Positions 54,082-63,285 of a stretch of 64,000 bases of DNA are shown here, piece by piece. Location: IMG/VR virus record IMGVR_UViG_3300035190_000668. The stretch is one strand, 5' to 3'. A program made the translations under genes and the position numbers. A model generated the notes under the pieces. The model did not search any database. It was not told the origin of the DNA and saw only the letters and a list, made by a program, of their open reading frames with translations. How positions within the stretch are numbered: position 1 is the first letter of the stretch; each line of letters starts with the position of its first letter. This DNA is from an uncultured virus (IMG/VR IMGVR_UViG_3300035190_000668) (lineage: Duplodnaviria; Heunggongvirae; Uroviricota; Caudoviricetes).

Positions 54082-56439
54082 TTATGCTAACAATGTTCCA
54101 ACAACTGTAACTGTTGAGCTGTTGTTTTCTGTGTCTACTATCAAGTCAACATCTGCCCCATCAATGCTAGCTGATATTGAAGATGCTGATCCGTTAGTTC
54201 CAACGATACCGTATTCAGTAATTGCGATATTATTGTTGATATCAAGAGTTACAAGAACCTTTGATATTTCTGAGTGATCTCCATAAGCAACCTTTACCAG
54301 GAATTCTGCTGAGCGATAATCTGCATGTGCCCATGAGAATGCTGTCTGAATTCCTGCTGTTGGTGCTGATAGAGTTGCTGCAACTTGCTTAGCAACTGAG
54401 TTGATCTCAACTGCTGTGAAGTTTGGAACAACTGCTTCAAGAGCAGTTACTGCACGAGCATTTGTAAAGTAAAGATTTGTACCTTCTGCAAGATCAGTAG
54501 TTGTAGAATCTGCTACACCGTTTTCTGCGGTAATAGTAAGTCCTGCACCTGTTCCTGTAATTGTAATATTTGTCTTTGATGCACCAGTCAGAAGTTCTGC
54601 TGCTGCAGTCTTTGCACGAGTAGATGTATAATAAAGATTTGCTGAACCTTCTTCAATATCATCTGTATCCAGTGCATTAATTGCATCTCCAATTGTGCCA
54701 CCTACAGCGTCAATTGCTCTCTGATTTGTGAAGTACTTATTTGTTGTACCCTCTGCTACGTCATCTGTATCAAGAGCATCTGCATAATCCTTAGCATTTT
54801 GTTCTGCTGTATTAGCATATCCTTGAGCAGTTGTAAGGGCAGTAGTTATTTCACCATCTGTGTATGAGTTTGCTGCAGATTCTGCTGCATCAACATAGAA
54901 CTTAGTTGCTGCATCTTGATTTGCTGTTGGCTCTTCAAGGTTTTTAATTGTGTATGAATTAACAGCATCAATATCTGCACTAAGAACTGTTCCAGCACCA
55001 AGAGTCTTATTTGTAAGAGTCTGGCTGTCTGAAGTTCCTACTACAGTACCAGTTACACCGTGAACATTGTCTGTTAAGTCAATGTGTGCATCTAGTTCTT
55101 CATCAACATATGATTTTGTTGCTGTTATTGTTTCATTAATTGAAAATACTGTACCGTCAAGGGTTAGACCATTTCCAGCAGTATATGTACCAGCTCCAGA
55201 GAACTGAGTAAATGATATTGGGTCTGTTCCAATTGTTGCTGGCTTGAGTGTTTGTACCCAACCTGTATTTGCATAAGTACCCGCACTTACGAAGATAAAG
55301 TCTCCGCTGTCTACCTCTGTTGCTGTATCAAAGTCTGTTGCACGAAGTGCTTGACCTGAAGCCTGAACTACGTAGATACCGTTTTCTGCACCATTGGTCT
55401 GACCATTAAGAAGAATACGATCTCCTGTGACAAGTGTTACTCCACCAGCAGTGTCTCCATTTTCAAGAGCAGTAGCAATTGCAACATTTGTAAGAATTGC
55501 TGCTCGTGCTGCTGGATGAACATGAAGTCCTTCAGAAACTGCATCAACATATCCCTTGGTTGCAGCATCTGTGCTGTTGTTTGGTGTACCAAGATTTGTA
55601 ATCTGGAATCCGCCTGCAGCAAGATCTCCGCCAAGAGTCTTATTAGAAATTGTTTGTGCATCTGTTGTACCTACAACGTTACCTGTAACTCCGTGAACTC
55701 CAGAAGCAACATCGTGATTATTTAGAGCGGTTGTAAGATCTGTTTCTGTTACAACAACTGAATCATCAATCTGAATTGCTCCACCAAGAGAAAATTCAAG
55801 ACCATTTCCTAAGTGTGCTGAGAATACACCAGTTGTAGAGTTGTAGTTTAATCCATCTCCATTGTCTACTGCAAGACGAGCACGCTCATCTGTGTAGTAC
55901 AGATTAGTTGCACCCTCTTCAATGTCGTCTGTGTCAAGAAGATCAATTGCATCGCCAATTGTTCCACCAACAGCATCAATTGCTCGTTGGTTTGTGAAGT
56001 AAAGATTTGTTCCTTCTTCAATATGAGATGTTGTAAGATCATTAATTGCATCTGTAGCAAAGTTTTGTGCGTTTGTCTGTGCTGTTGAAGCAGAACCAGC
56101 TGCGTCATATGCTGCAGATGTTGCATCAAGTGCTCTTTGGTTTGTGAAATACAGACGGTTTGCTCCTTCAGCAAGGTCATCTGTGTCGTGGTTTGAAAGG
56201 CTTGAAACTGTACCTGTGATAGTTGCTGTAATTGTTCCTGCAGCAAAGTTTCCTGAGCCATCACGCTTTACTACTGTGTCTGGTGTGTTAGCAGATGTTG
56301 CTGTACCACCAATAAGACCAACGATATAATCTTGGTCTGCTTGCTTTTTTGTAAGAACGTCAAAGTTGTTAACTGTAGCTGTTGTACCTTCAACAACCAG
56401 ACCATTCTTTACCTTAAAGTTTTTATTTACTGTTGCCAC
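54082..56439 (-). CDS. Repeat-rich fibre/virion structural protein
   Basis: VVKRDGSGNF, 6x EGxx(N/R)xY(F/Y)TxxRA, AATKxYVD, GDRILLNGQT..ENGIYVV module. Confidence 0.8.
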   Translation of the reverse strand: MATVNKNFKVKNGLVVEGTTATVNNFDVLTKKQADQDYIVGLIGGTATSANTPDTVVKRDGSGNFAAGTITATITGTVSSLSNHDTDDLAEGANRLYFTNQRALDATSAAYDAAGSASTAQTNAQNFATDAINDLTTSHIEEGTNLYFTNQRAIDAVGGTIGDAIDLLDTDDIEEGATNLYYTDERARLAVDNGDGLNYNSTTGVFSAHLGNGLEFSLGGAIQIDDSVVVTETDLTTALNNHDVASGVHGVTGNVVGTTDAQTISNKTLGGDLAAGGFQITNLGTPNNSTDAATKGYVDAVSEGLHVHPAARAAILTNVAIATALENGDTAGGVTLVTGDRILLNGQTNGAENGIYVVQASGQALRATDFDTATEVDSGDFIFVSAGTYANTGWVQTLKPATIGTDPISFTQFSGAGTYTAGNGLTLDGTVFSINETITATKSYVDEELDAHIDLTDNVHGVTGTVVGTSDSQTLTNKTLGAGTVLSADIDAVNSYTIKNLEEPTANQDAATKFYVDAAESAANSYTDGEITTALTTAQGYANTAEQNAKDYADALDTDDVAEGTTNKYFTNQRAIDAVGGTIGDAINALDTDDIEEGSANLYYTSTRAKTAAAELLTGASKTNITITGTGAGLTITAENGVADSTTTDLAEGTNLYFTNARAVTALEAVVPNFTAVEINSVAKQVAATLSAPTAGIQTAFSWAHADYRSAEFLVKVAYGDHSEISKVLVTLDINNNIAITEYGIVGTNGSASSISASIDGADVDLIVDTENNSSTVTVVGTLLA

Positions 56440-56457
56440 TTTCTATCTCCTTGTTGG

Positions 56458-56904
56458 TTAGGCCTTGAGACCAATACGAGCAAATCGTACGGTTACAGGC
56501 GTAATTCCCACCACTGGCTCTACAGCAATGTTTACTGTATTAGCCACCCTAGAGACATTAATGGTGCCAATATTCCCATCATTGTCTATTGTTCCATACT
56601 CGCTGACTGATACACCTGTACCATCAACAAGAATCGTCATTTCTGTTGCGTAGAACTTATTATCTCCAGCAGATGTTTTCTTGATAGAGATTAAGTATTT
56701 GACCATACGCCATACCGTTGCATCAAAGTTATCAATTACTGTTGTTGTCTCAATACCGTTGACTGTATTCTCATTATTACCTGCAGAACCTAGGTCTGTT
56801 GCTTGAGCAGCAGTAGTATCAATAAGGTTTTCATAATCTGCCTGTGTTGGGCGATCACCTGTTTGAAAAGTTGATTTTATGTTGCTTATTGGAAGCTTGG
56901 CCAT
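56458..56904 (-). CDS. Virion structural protein
   Basis: FQTGDRPT..DY..LID N-terminus; C-terminal R..KY..E....SEYG domain shared with 54082..56439. Confidence 0.7.
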   Translation of the reverse strand: MAKLPISNIKSTFQTGDRPTQADYENLIDTTAAQATDLGSAGNNENTVNGIETTTVIDNFDATVWRMVKYLISIKKTSAGDNKFYATEMTILVDGTGVSVSEYGTIDNDGNIGTINVSRVANTVNIAVEPVVGITPVTVRFARIGLKA

Positions 56905-56910
56905 GCCCTA

Positions 56911-56919
56911 ATTATATCA
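56911..56919 (-). promoter_or_regulatory. Extended -10 promoter TGATATAAT (leaderless spacing)
   Basis: 6 nt upstream of ATG 56904; no SD. Confidence 0.7.
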
Positions 56920-56926
56920 TGTTATA

Positions 56927-57151
56927 TCAAAGTATATAATTACTGTAACCTATGATTTGAAGCGGAATTGGAGGAACAGCACTTGCTCCACCTGCTTCAA
57001 TACGTATTGCTGTTAATCTGATTCTAAAAGGAAGTGTAGAGTTAATAGCTACATTTTTGCTTGGAGCACTAATTGATGTTTTGATAGAAAAATCTTCTTC
57101 AATTCGTTTTGTGAATACTGGTCGCTTTTCGTATATCTTAACGCTAGCCAT
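56927..57151 (-). CDS. Small hypothetical (probably structural) protein
   Basis: TAATG coupling to the upstream gene; ends PPIPLQIIG.SNYIL. Confidence 0.65.
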   Translation of the reverse strand: MASVKIYEKRPVFTKRIEEDFSIKTSISAPSKNVAINSTLPFRIRLTAIRIEAGGASAVPPIPLQIIGYSNYIL

Positions 57152-57564
57152 TATGCAGTCACATCTTCAAGGACAATAAGTTTGCCTTGAGCTACCGTCC
57201 AAACTATTGCGTCTCCACCTAAAGAAACCTCAATATCAAATATATCGTTTGTCTGAAGTACTGAAGTTTGACTTGCTGACAAAGAAACAGTAAACTCACC
57301 AACTAGATCATCAGCATCCTGTATTGGAGTTAACGTATGAATAAGTGTTGCTGTATCTGTAATCTCTCCAGGTACAACTGGATTAGTTGTTGGACGCTTA
57401 ATCTGCATAGAAATATTCCAGTCTGGAATTACAAGAGGTACCTTTGCATCATCAGTTAAATAAACTTTAAATGCTGCTGTGTCCCCCTTGACAAAGGTCC
57501 AATTTACGAATGGTGGTCTTTCTCCAATGTCGTATGTAGATGCTTGTCCTCTAAATGTAGCCAT
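57151..57564 (-). CDS. BppU-N-like structural/adaptor protein
   Basis: GDT..F.V, M.IK, G.F.VSL...QT, FDIEV, TV.QG...V..DVT; start moved to ATG 57564. Confidence 0.65.
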   Translation of the reverse strand: MATFRGQASTYDIGERPPFVNWTFVKGDTAAFKVYLTDDAKVPLVIPDWNISMQIKRPTTNPVVPGEITDTATLIHTLTPIQDADDLVGEFTVSLSASQTSVLQTNDIFDIEVSLGGDAIVWTVAQGKLIVLEDVTA

Positions 57565-57570
57565 TTTTAT

Positions 57571-57579
57571 ATTATACCA
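57571..57579 (-). promoter_or_regulatory. Extended -10 promoter TGGTATAAT (leaderless spacing)
   Basis: 6 nt upstream of ATG 57564; no SD. Confidence 0.7.
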
Positions 57580-57625
57580 CGATGAAAACAACAAATAAAA
57601 TAATTTCAAAAAATATTACCAAAAC

Positions 57626-57655
57626 TTGTCTTTTGGGTCAATTTCATGTTATACT
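57626..57655 (+). promoter_or_regulatory. Plus-strand promoter TTGTCT-N18-TATACT with extended TG
   Basis: TGTTATACT at 57647-57655; divergent from the 57571 promoter; followed by a hairpin (57663-57680) and SD GGAGG. Confidence 0.7.
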
Positions 57656-57706
57656 TAGATAGTGCTACCAACGGGTAGCATCTTTAGTCTCTAGGAGGTT
57701 ATTATT

Positions 57707-58279
57707 ATGAGAAGAGATAAAAAGATATGGATTGGAATCCTTGCTGCACTTGGGTTTATTGCACCACTAAGTAATGCAGCTAACGCTTTAAGTATTGATA
57801 ATAATTTGAGTAAACCAGCCATTGCTGAACCTTCAACCGCCAAGGCGGTTTTTTTGGTTTCTAAGCCTAAAAGTCTGGTAGCAGTAAAAAAGAACTTAAA
57901 CGTTCTACACAAGTATCAAGACGCTGTTAGTCTTACAGACCGTCAATTAAAAGAACTGCTTCATGCAGTTGGTTTTCGTGGTCAAGGACTTGTAAAGGCT
58001 TGGGCTGTTGCTAAAAAAGAGTCTAATGGGCGACCACTGGCTTTTAATGGCAATGTAAAGACTGGTGACAACTCTTATGGCATCTTCCAAATTAATATGC
58101 TGGGAATGCTAAAGGAAGGTCGTCAGGACAAGTTTGGACTTAACTTCAATAGCGAACTATTAAACCCTGTTATTAATGCACAGGTTGCATACCACATGAG
58201 TAATGGTGGAAAGAACTGGTCTGCTTGGAAGGGAATGACTCCAAGAACTAAGTTCTGGATGTCTAAATTCCCTGCCTAG
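57707..58279 (+). CDS. Secreted lytic transglycosylase (SLT/lysozyme-like)
   Basis: N-terminal signal/TM segment; AVAKKES (catalytic Glu), SYGIFQIN, L.NP..NA..A, WSAW; SD GGAGG. Confidence 0.88.
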   Translation: MRRDKKIWIGILAALGFIAPLSNAANALSIDNNLSKPAIAEPSTAKAVFLVSKPKSLVAVKKNLNVLHKYQDAVSLTDRQLKELLHAVGFRGQGLVKAWAVAKKESNGRPLAFNGNVKTGDNSYGIFQINMLGMLKEGRQDKFGLNFNSELLNPVINAQVAYHMSNGGKNWSAWKGMTPRTKFWMSKFPA

Positions 58280-58281
58280 CT

Positions 58282-58950
58282 TTACCCAAACTTGCTACTA
58301 CTTATATGGTTCATTTCAATATGGTTAATATTAAAATGACTTGGTAGCTCTGATACCCATCTAATAGACTCTGCAAGATCTTCAGCAGTTAAGGCTATTT
58401 CACGCTTTTCTATTTGCGTATCAATGGTTCCTGGGCATATCTCAGTAATCTTGATTCCGTATTCAGGGAACTCTAGTCTCATTGTATCAACTAGCGCCAT
58501 CATGCCTCTCTTGGCATTTATGTAGTTTCCACCACTACGGTATGGAACCTTTCCTCCTAAAGAACTTACAAATATGATGGTTGGAGAAGCAGACCTTTTC
58601 ATGCACGGAACAAAAAGCTGAGAAAGATACATTGGACCAGAGACATTAATATCATATGCTCTTCTAAAGTTATCCATTGTTTCATTAATGATAAAGGTAG
58701 GACCTGACCCTCCACCAGCATTATTTACAAGAAGATCAAGAGTTATATCCTTGTATTTTTCAAAAAAGGCTTTGATTTCGTTAGGACTAGTAATATCCAT
58801 CTGATATGTCTCAACATTATCTGAAACAAGTTCATTAACTTTAGAAAGGTTCCTAGAAACAGCTATTACCTTATATCCATTCTCAGATAGAAGTTTTACT
58901 GTAGCATAGCCAACGCCCTTGCTAGCCCCCGTTACTATGGCTGTTTTCAA
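58282..58950 (-). CDS. Short-chain dehydrogenase/reductase (YdfG-like)
   Basis: TGASKGVG, LVNNAG, SS, YINAK, I.PG; TTG start at 58950 directly after the upstream stop. Confidence 0.9.
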   Translation of the reverse strand: MKTAIVTGASKGVGYATVKLLSENGYKVIAVSRNLSKVNELVSDNVETYQMDITSPNEIKAFFEKYKDITLDLLVNNAGGGSGPTFIINETMDNFRRAYDINVSGPMYLSQLFVPCMKRSASPTIIFVSSLGGKVPYRSGGNYINAKRGMMALVDTMRLEFPEYGIKITEICPGTIDTQIEKREIALTAEDLAESIRWVSELPSHFNINHIEMNHISSSKFG

Positions 58951-58951
58951 A

Positions 58952-59593
58952 TTAATGAATCCAGTGTTGTGGAACCATATACTTAAAGCCACTCTTAACT
59001 AAGTGTGCTGTATGGTGATATGGAGGCGAAGGAGGGAAAACAATAACGCTTCCTGCCTCTGGCTTTACATAAAACGTAAAAGAATTGTCTTGAGCTTTTG
59101 CAAGATCCATATCAGGGTGAGGTCCACCATTATACATTGGTCCGTCAGGTGATCCGATTGTAAATGAAATCTCTCCGCCTTCGTAATCATCATTTAAGTA
59201 CATTACAAAAGAAACCTTTAGTCTTTCATCCCCTTCTTGTTGGTCAAAGTGTGCCCCCATGTATGTTCCTGCTTGATACTTCTTAATAGGGTACATATCA
59301 AAAAGTTTTGGTTCTTCTGTAATACCCTGAGCTTTTGCATAGTCTCTAGCTACAACATCAAAAGCATCTTTTAAGGTATTGTAGATATAATCATTGTTAG
59401 CATCTTTAATTCCCTGAGATTCTGAAGAAGATATGCTTCTATCAGTTCCATACACATAATGCTCCCCGCTGCATGCAGCCCATTCGCCCCAGTTTGTTGA
59501 CTCATCGCCTTCAATTGCAGCCATTAACTTCTTTGGATCTTCAATTACGTTTGTGTAGTAGTAGACCTTTTCTTCTAGGATGTTTTTATTCAT
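58952..59593 (-). CDS. 2OG-Fe(II) dioxygenase (prolyl-4-hydroxylase-like)
   Basis: HFD..YLNDDYEGGE..FP..H..GFKY. Confidence 0.88.
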   Translation of the reverse strand: MNKNILEEKVYYYTNVIEDPKKLMAAIEGDESTNWGEWAACSGEHYVYGTDRSISSSESQGIKDANNDYIYNTLKDAFDVVARDYAKAQGITEEPKLFDMYPIKKYQAGTYMGAHFDQQEGDERLKVSFVMYLNDDYEGGEISFTIGSPDGPMYNGGPHPDMDLAKAQDNSFTFYVKPEAGSVIVFPPSPPYHHTAHLVKSGFKYMVPQHWIH

Positions 59594-59606
59594 CTGTATT
59601 CTCCAT

Positions 59607-60269
59607 TCATGAGTACTTGTTGTCTTGATAAAAGTTTGAAACCTTTACAAATCCTACTATAACATATCTTATGGGTCCTTCTCCAACATGCTTAACGCCA
59701 TGCTCATGCTCTTCATCCCCTGGGAAAAACAGCAAATCTCCTGGTTTTGGCCTCAAAGATATATCAAGATTTGGAAAGAAAATTTCTCCATCTATATACT
59801 CATCGTTTAAATAAATTATAGTGGCATATTTTATTGATGGGTCTGTATGTTGATCTGTGTGAGACTTTAACTCTACGCCTGGCTGCATTCTTTGAATTGT
59901 TGCAAGTCCGCTCAAGTTTAACTCTGGATCACACTGTGTAACTATATCATTAAGCCTATCATAAAATATTTTTTGTTCTTTATGATTTGTAATATTTAAA
60001 TTTTTATCAACCCAGTTTTGAGTAATTTCAAATTTGCCTTCAGCAACAAGGTTATCAACATCATCTCTTCCAAATTTTTCTAAACAAAAAATTTTTAAGT
60101 TGCTCATATATTCTACTTCCCAATCTGCTTGGGATGCCCCATCTATTATATTTAGAACAAAATCAAGCTCATCTTTGTTTAAGAAGTTTTTTATACAAAT
60201 TATATTATTTGTAATTTCTTCAAATATAAAGTTGTCTTCTTTAAGTTTTTCCTTAAAGGTTTCAAGCAT
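59607..60269 (-). CDS. 2OG-Fe(II) dioxygenase (prolyl-4-hydroxylase-like)
   Basis: HTD..YLNDEYIDGE..HGV..RY; start moved to ATG 60269. Confidence 0.88.
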   Translation of the reverse strand: MLETFKEKLKEDNFIFEEITNNIICIKNFLNKDELDFVLNIIDGASQADWEVEYMSNLKIFCLEKFGRDDVDNLVAEGKFEITQNWVDKNLNITNHKEQKIFYDRLNDIVTQCDPELNLSGLATIQRMQPGVELKSHTDQHTDPSIKYATIIYLNDEYIDGEIFFPNLDISLRPKPGDLLFFPGDEEHEHGVKHVGEGPIRYVIVGFVKVSNFYQDNKYS

Positions 60270-61017
60270 TTGGAATCTCATCAGACTTGTACTTATTTCC
60301 GTCCTTGTCTAATTTCCAGCCTTGCTTCAATAGCTCTTGCCACTCTGCTCTTTCAATTTCTTGCTTTGCCCTAGTTTCTTTCATTTCTGCTGCCCAAGCA
60401 TCTCTAACTTCTTGAGGGTAAGCATCTTCTTCTCTATCATCCCAAAAAGATCCTATAGTATATCTTACACCACTAGTAATAAGAGATACTTCGTGCATAT
60501 TATTAAATCCTCCGTCAAAAACAGCAAGCATTCCAACCTTTGGTTGAATCTCTATATTTTGATCTGGGAATCTAAGAAGTCCGCCTTCAAATTCATCATT
60601 AAGGTATAAAAATCCAGCATATCTACTTCTTGTAAAAGCACCAGAGTTTCCGTGCTCATCAGTGTTGTCAGAATGTACTCTAGCGTATGCTCCTGGCTCC
60701 CATTTTTGTGTATGGTATCCAATCTTTGAAATTATTTTTGGGTCAAGATCATGTACTGATGCAATTGCTTCTGGCATTATTTTTTCAATATCTGAAAAAA
60801 TTGTTGGTACCAAACCAGCGTCAACAACTTCTTGATCATTGTCTTGTGGTAGCACAGATGAGTATGACTCATAAAAAGATATTGGCATCCAAGAAAGCTT
60901 GCCATTTTCTGCCTGAGCATCTAAAGCATTAACCATTTTTTGACACTCTTCTTTACTTATAAAGTCTTCATAAACAACTATGTCTTTTGTTAACCTTACT
61001 TTATTATCTAGGTTCAT
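60262..61017 (-). CDS. 2OG-Fe(II) dioxygenase (prolyl-4-hydroxylase-like)
   Basis: HSD..YLNDEFEGG..HEV..GVRY. Confidence 0.9.
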   Translation of the reverse strand: MNLDNKVRLTKDIVVYEDFISKEECQKMVNALDAQAENGKLSWMPISFYESYSSVLPQDNDQEVVDAGLVPTIFSDIEKIMPEAIASVHDLDPKIISKIGYHTQKWEPGAYARVHSDNTDEHGNSGAFTRSRYAGFLYLNDEFEGGLLRFPDQNIEIQPKVGMLAVFDGGFNNMHEVSLITSGVRYTIGSFWDDREEDAYPQEVRDAWAAEMKETRAKQEIERAEWQELLKQGWKLDKDGNKYKSDEIPNA

Positions 61018-61880
61018 TTGATCCTTCTTTCTTTTTCGGCACTGATTTTATTTGGATGATCATCTCTAAACTTTTGCATAATGTCTGGCTGCATTTCTGC
61101 CCAAAGAGCAGACCCAAACTCTTTTTCTTTTTCAAACCATTCGGCATCTCCAGGGGAGTACTTCATCCAGTACATTCTTGATAAATACTTATTTGATCCA
61201 GTGGCTGGCATTACTCCATGAAGATATACGGACCCATTCTTTTTTAATATATCTGGGTGACCTGATGGGAACACCAAAAAATCTCCCGCCTCTGGCTTAT
61301 ACATGTAGGCTTCTCCATCAACTATAAAGTCAATCTCTCCACCTTCATAGTCATCATTAAAATAGGCAAGTGCCGTTATTGCAAACTTATATCCTGGACT
61401 AACGATAGGCTCTCTAATATAGTCAGAGTGGTATGTCATTGCAACTTCATCCTGAATGTCTGTTCTATACCTTGCAATTGAAGGGCCAGTCATTCTCCAC
61501 TCTTTTATGGGCTCTCCGCTATTTGTTAAAACATCTCTTTCTGTGTCAAAATCAACATTGTTTTTAACGGCATAGTCTTGTGTTACTAAATAAAAGTTTT
61601 TAAATAGTTCTAAAATTGCTAGCTTTTGTTTTTCTTGTTTTTCTGTTTTTGTTTCTATAGCCTCAATATACTCTATTGAAAGACCGTGTGGATGATTTGC
61701 AAAAGTTGGGTTTAGGTATGTACCAAATAGTGACCACTGTGTCCAAGGACTAAACAAGCCATCATCTTCTCCATTAGAGTTTTTTAGTTCTGAATATGTT
61801 GAATCTATATCTTTAAAAACATTCTTGTATACAAAAATTTGAGGATAGATTTCAATTGGATCTAAAACTTTTTCTGTCAT
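61014..61880 (-). CDS. 2OG-Fe(II) dioxygenase (prolyl-4-hydroxylase-like)
   Basis: HSD..YFNDDYEGGE..FPS..HGV..KY; start moved to ATG 61880. Confidence 0.88.
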   Translation of the reverse strand: MTEKVLDPIEIYPQIFVYKNVFKDIDSTYSELKNSNGEDDGLFSPWTQWSLFGTYLNPTFANHPHGLSIEYIEAIETKTEKQEKQKLAILELFKNFYLVTQDYAVKNNVDFDTERDVLTNSGEPIKEWRMTGPSIARYRTDIQDEVAMTYHSDYIREPIVSPGYKFAITALAYFNDDYEGGEIDFIVDGEAYMYKPEAGDFLVFPSGHPDILKKNGSVYLHGVMPATGSNKYLSRMYWMKYSPGDAEWFEKEKEFGSALWAEMQPDIMQKFRDDHPNKISAEKERRIK

Positions 61881-62551
61881 GGCTTTCTGTCTCCTGTATG
61901 CTCTGTTATTTCCCAAAAGAAAGGACAGGTATATCTAACTCCACTCTTAATTTCTGTTACTCCGTGAATATAATTCATATCACCTGGGAAAAAATAAGCA
62001 GCGCCTTTCTTGGGCTTAAACTGAACACCTTGTTTTGGGAAGTATAACTCTCCACCTTCATAATCTTCATTCAAATAAAACAGACTTGACAGATCATAGT
62101 TTGGAAAATCGTTTGGAAGTCCAGCATCTGGACCTTCGTGCAGTTCTTTGTCTGCGTGAGGGTTTTGAAACTGTCCTGGAAGCCATCTAACAATTGTTGT
62201 TCCAGTTGGAATAACTCTTACTTTATAAAACTCTTCAACAATTGGCTTTAGTCTTTGAAACAAACCTGCAATAATTGGAGCAATAGCTGGATCATTTTTA
62301 TCTAAAGATGGGCTTGTGCAAACTCTATCTTTCCAATAATCAGAGTCATAGACAACTGTTCCATTTTCATTAACATGACTTTCTGTTACATCCCATATAG
62401 TTAAAGATTTTGCAGCTTTTTCTAAAAACTCCATCTCTTCTACAGTCATAAAATTTTCCAGCTCAACGATCATGTCTTTCCCATCACCAAACCAACCAGA
62501 AGGGGTTAAAGATGGCTTTCTAACCACAACAGATGCATTTATATTATCCAT
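61877..62551 (-). CDS. 2OG-Fe(II) dioxygenase (prolyl-4-hydroxylase-like)
   Basis: HAD..YLNEDYEGGE..HGV..GVRY. Confidence 0.9.
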   Translation of the reverse strand: MDNINASVVVRKPSLTPSGWFGDGKDMIVELENFMTVEEMEFLEKAAKSLTIWDVTESHVNENGTVVYDSDYWKDRVCTSPSLDKNDPAIAPIIAGLFQRLKPIVEEFYKVRVIPTGTTIVRWLPGQFQNPHADKELHEGPDAGLPNDFPNYDLSSLFYLNEDYEGGELYFPKQGVQFKPKKGAAYFFPGDMNYIHGVTEIKSGVRYTCPFFWEITEHTGDRKP

Positions 62552-62553
62552 AA

Positions 62554-63285
62554 TTAGATTATACCATTTCCTTTGTTAGTACGACTATCAATCACAGAAA
62601 GCCTTAAAGCCTTTACTTCGTGACTACCCAAAGATTCTCCTTTTTCATTTACTGCATCTCTATACCAGTCGGTCCATGATCCAGAAGAGTTTACAACTTG
62701 TGCTGCAGTTCCATAGGAAACATTTGCATCCATTCTTTTTCTATCTTCGTCTTTGTAGTCAAGTATCTCAATAGAAGAATTGTTTAGGGTTGATAAAGAA
62801 ATGGGTATTATTGTTGCCAATGGAGTATGTGCTTTAATTGTTACTTTTTCCCCTGACTTTTTTGCTTTTATTGCAAGTGGCAAGGGATTATCATAAAAAG
62901 ATGTACTGATAAGGTTAGACATAGTTTCAAAATCATTGCTAAAAAAGTTTACTGGGTTTATGGTAAGCATGCTTATGTCTTCAGATGTTCTAAAAACTAA
63001 TCCCGTGTTTAGGCTTATGGTTGACTGACCTCTTCCACCGTAAGAACCTTCTGGTGCTTTAATTATCTCAATATGATCTTGAGTTTGATCGTTTATGCCA
63101 TCCCAAACAAACTCTATGTCTTGGTCACAAGAAAGGCTCCAGCCAACCACATTTGATTGTGTTACTGGAAAGCACCTATATGCGTGACCTTCTGATGTTT
63201 CATCCATCCAGTCTCTTTTTATTGACATTGGCAAAATACTAAATGATGAACCATTCATCTTTTCAGCAAATATATTTAACATCAC
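62554..63285 (-). CDS. DUF6065-like protein
   Basis: RDWMD....HAYRC.P....N..GW and W..WY motifs, recalled for this family. Confidence 0.7.
   Translation of the reverse strand: MMLNIFAEKMNGSSFSILPMSIKRDWMDETSEGHAYRCFPVTQSNVVGWSLSCDQDIEFVWDGINDQTQDHIEIIKAPEGSYGGRGQSTISLNTGLVFRTSEDISMLTINPVNFFSNDFETMSNLISTSFYDNPLPLAIKAKKSGEKVTIKAHTPLATIIPISLSTLNNSSIEILDYKDEDRKRMDANVSYGTAAQVVNSSGSWTDWYRDAVNEKGESLGSHEVKALRLSVIDSRTNKGNGII
62558..62566 (-). promoter_or_regulatory. Extended -10 promoter TGGTATAAT in the 3' end of the upstream gene (leaderless spacing)
   Basis: 6 nt upstream of ATG 62551. Confidence 0.65.

Noticed and set aside
57656..57706. c-di-AMP (ydaO) riboswitch ahead of the transglycosylase
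   Set aside because: The leader is about 45 nt with a single hairpin, too short for that aptamer.
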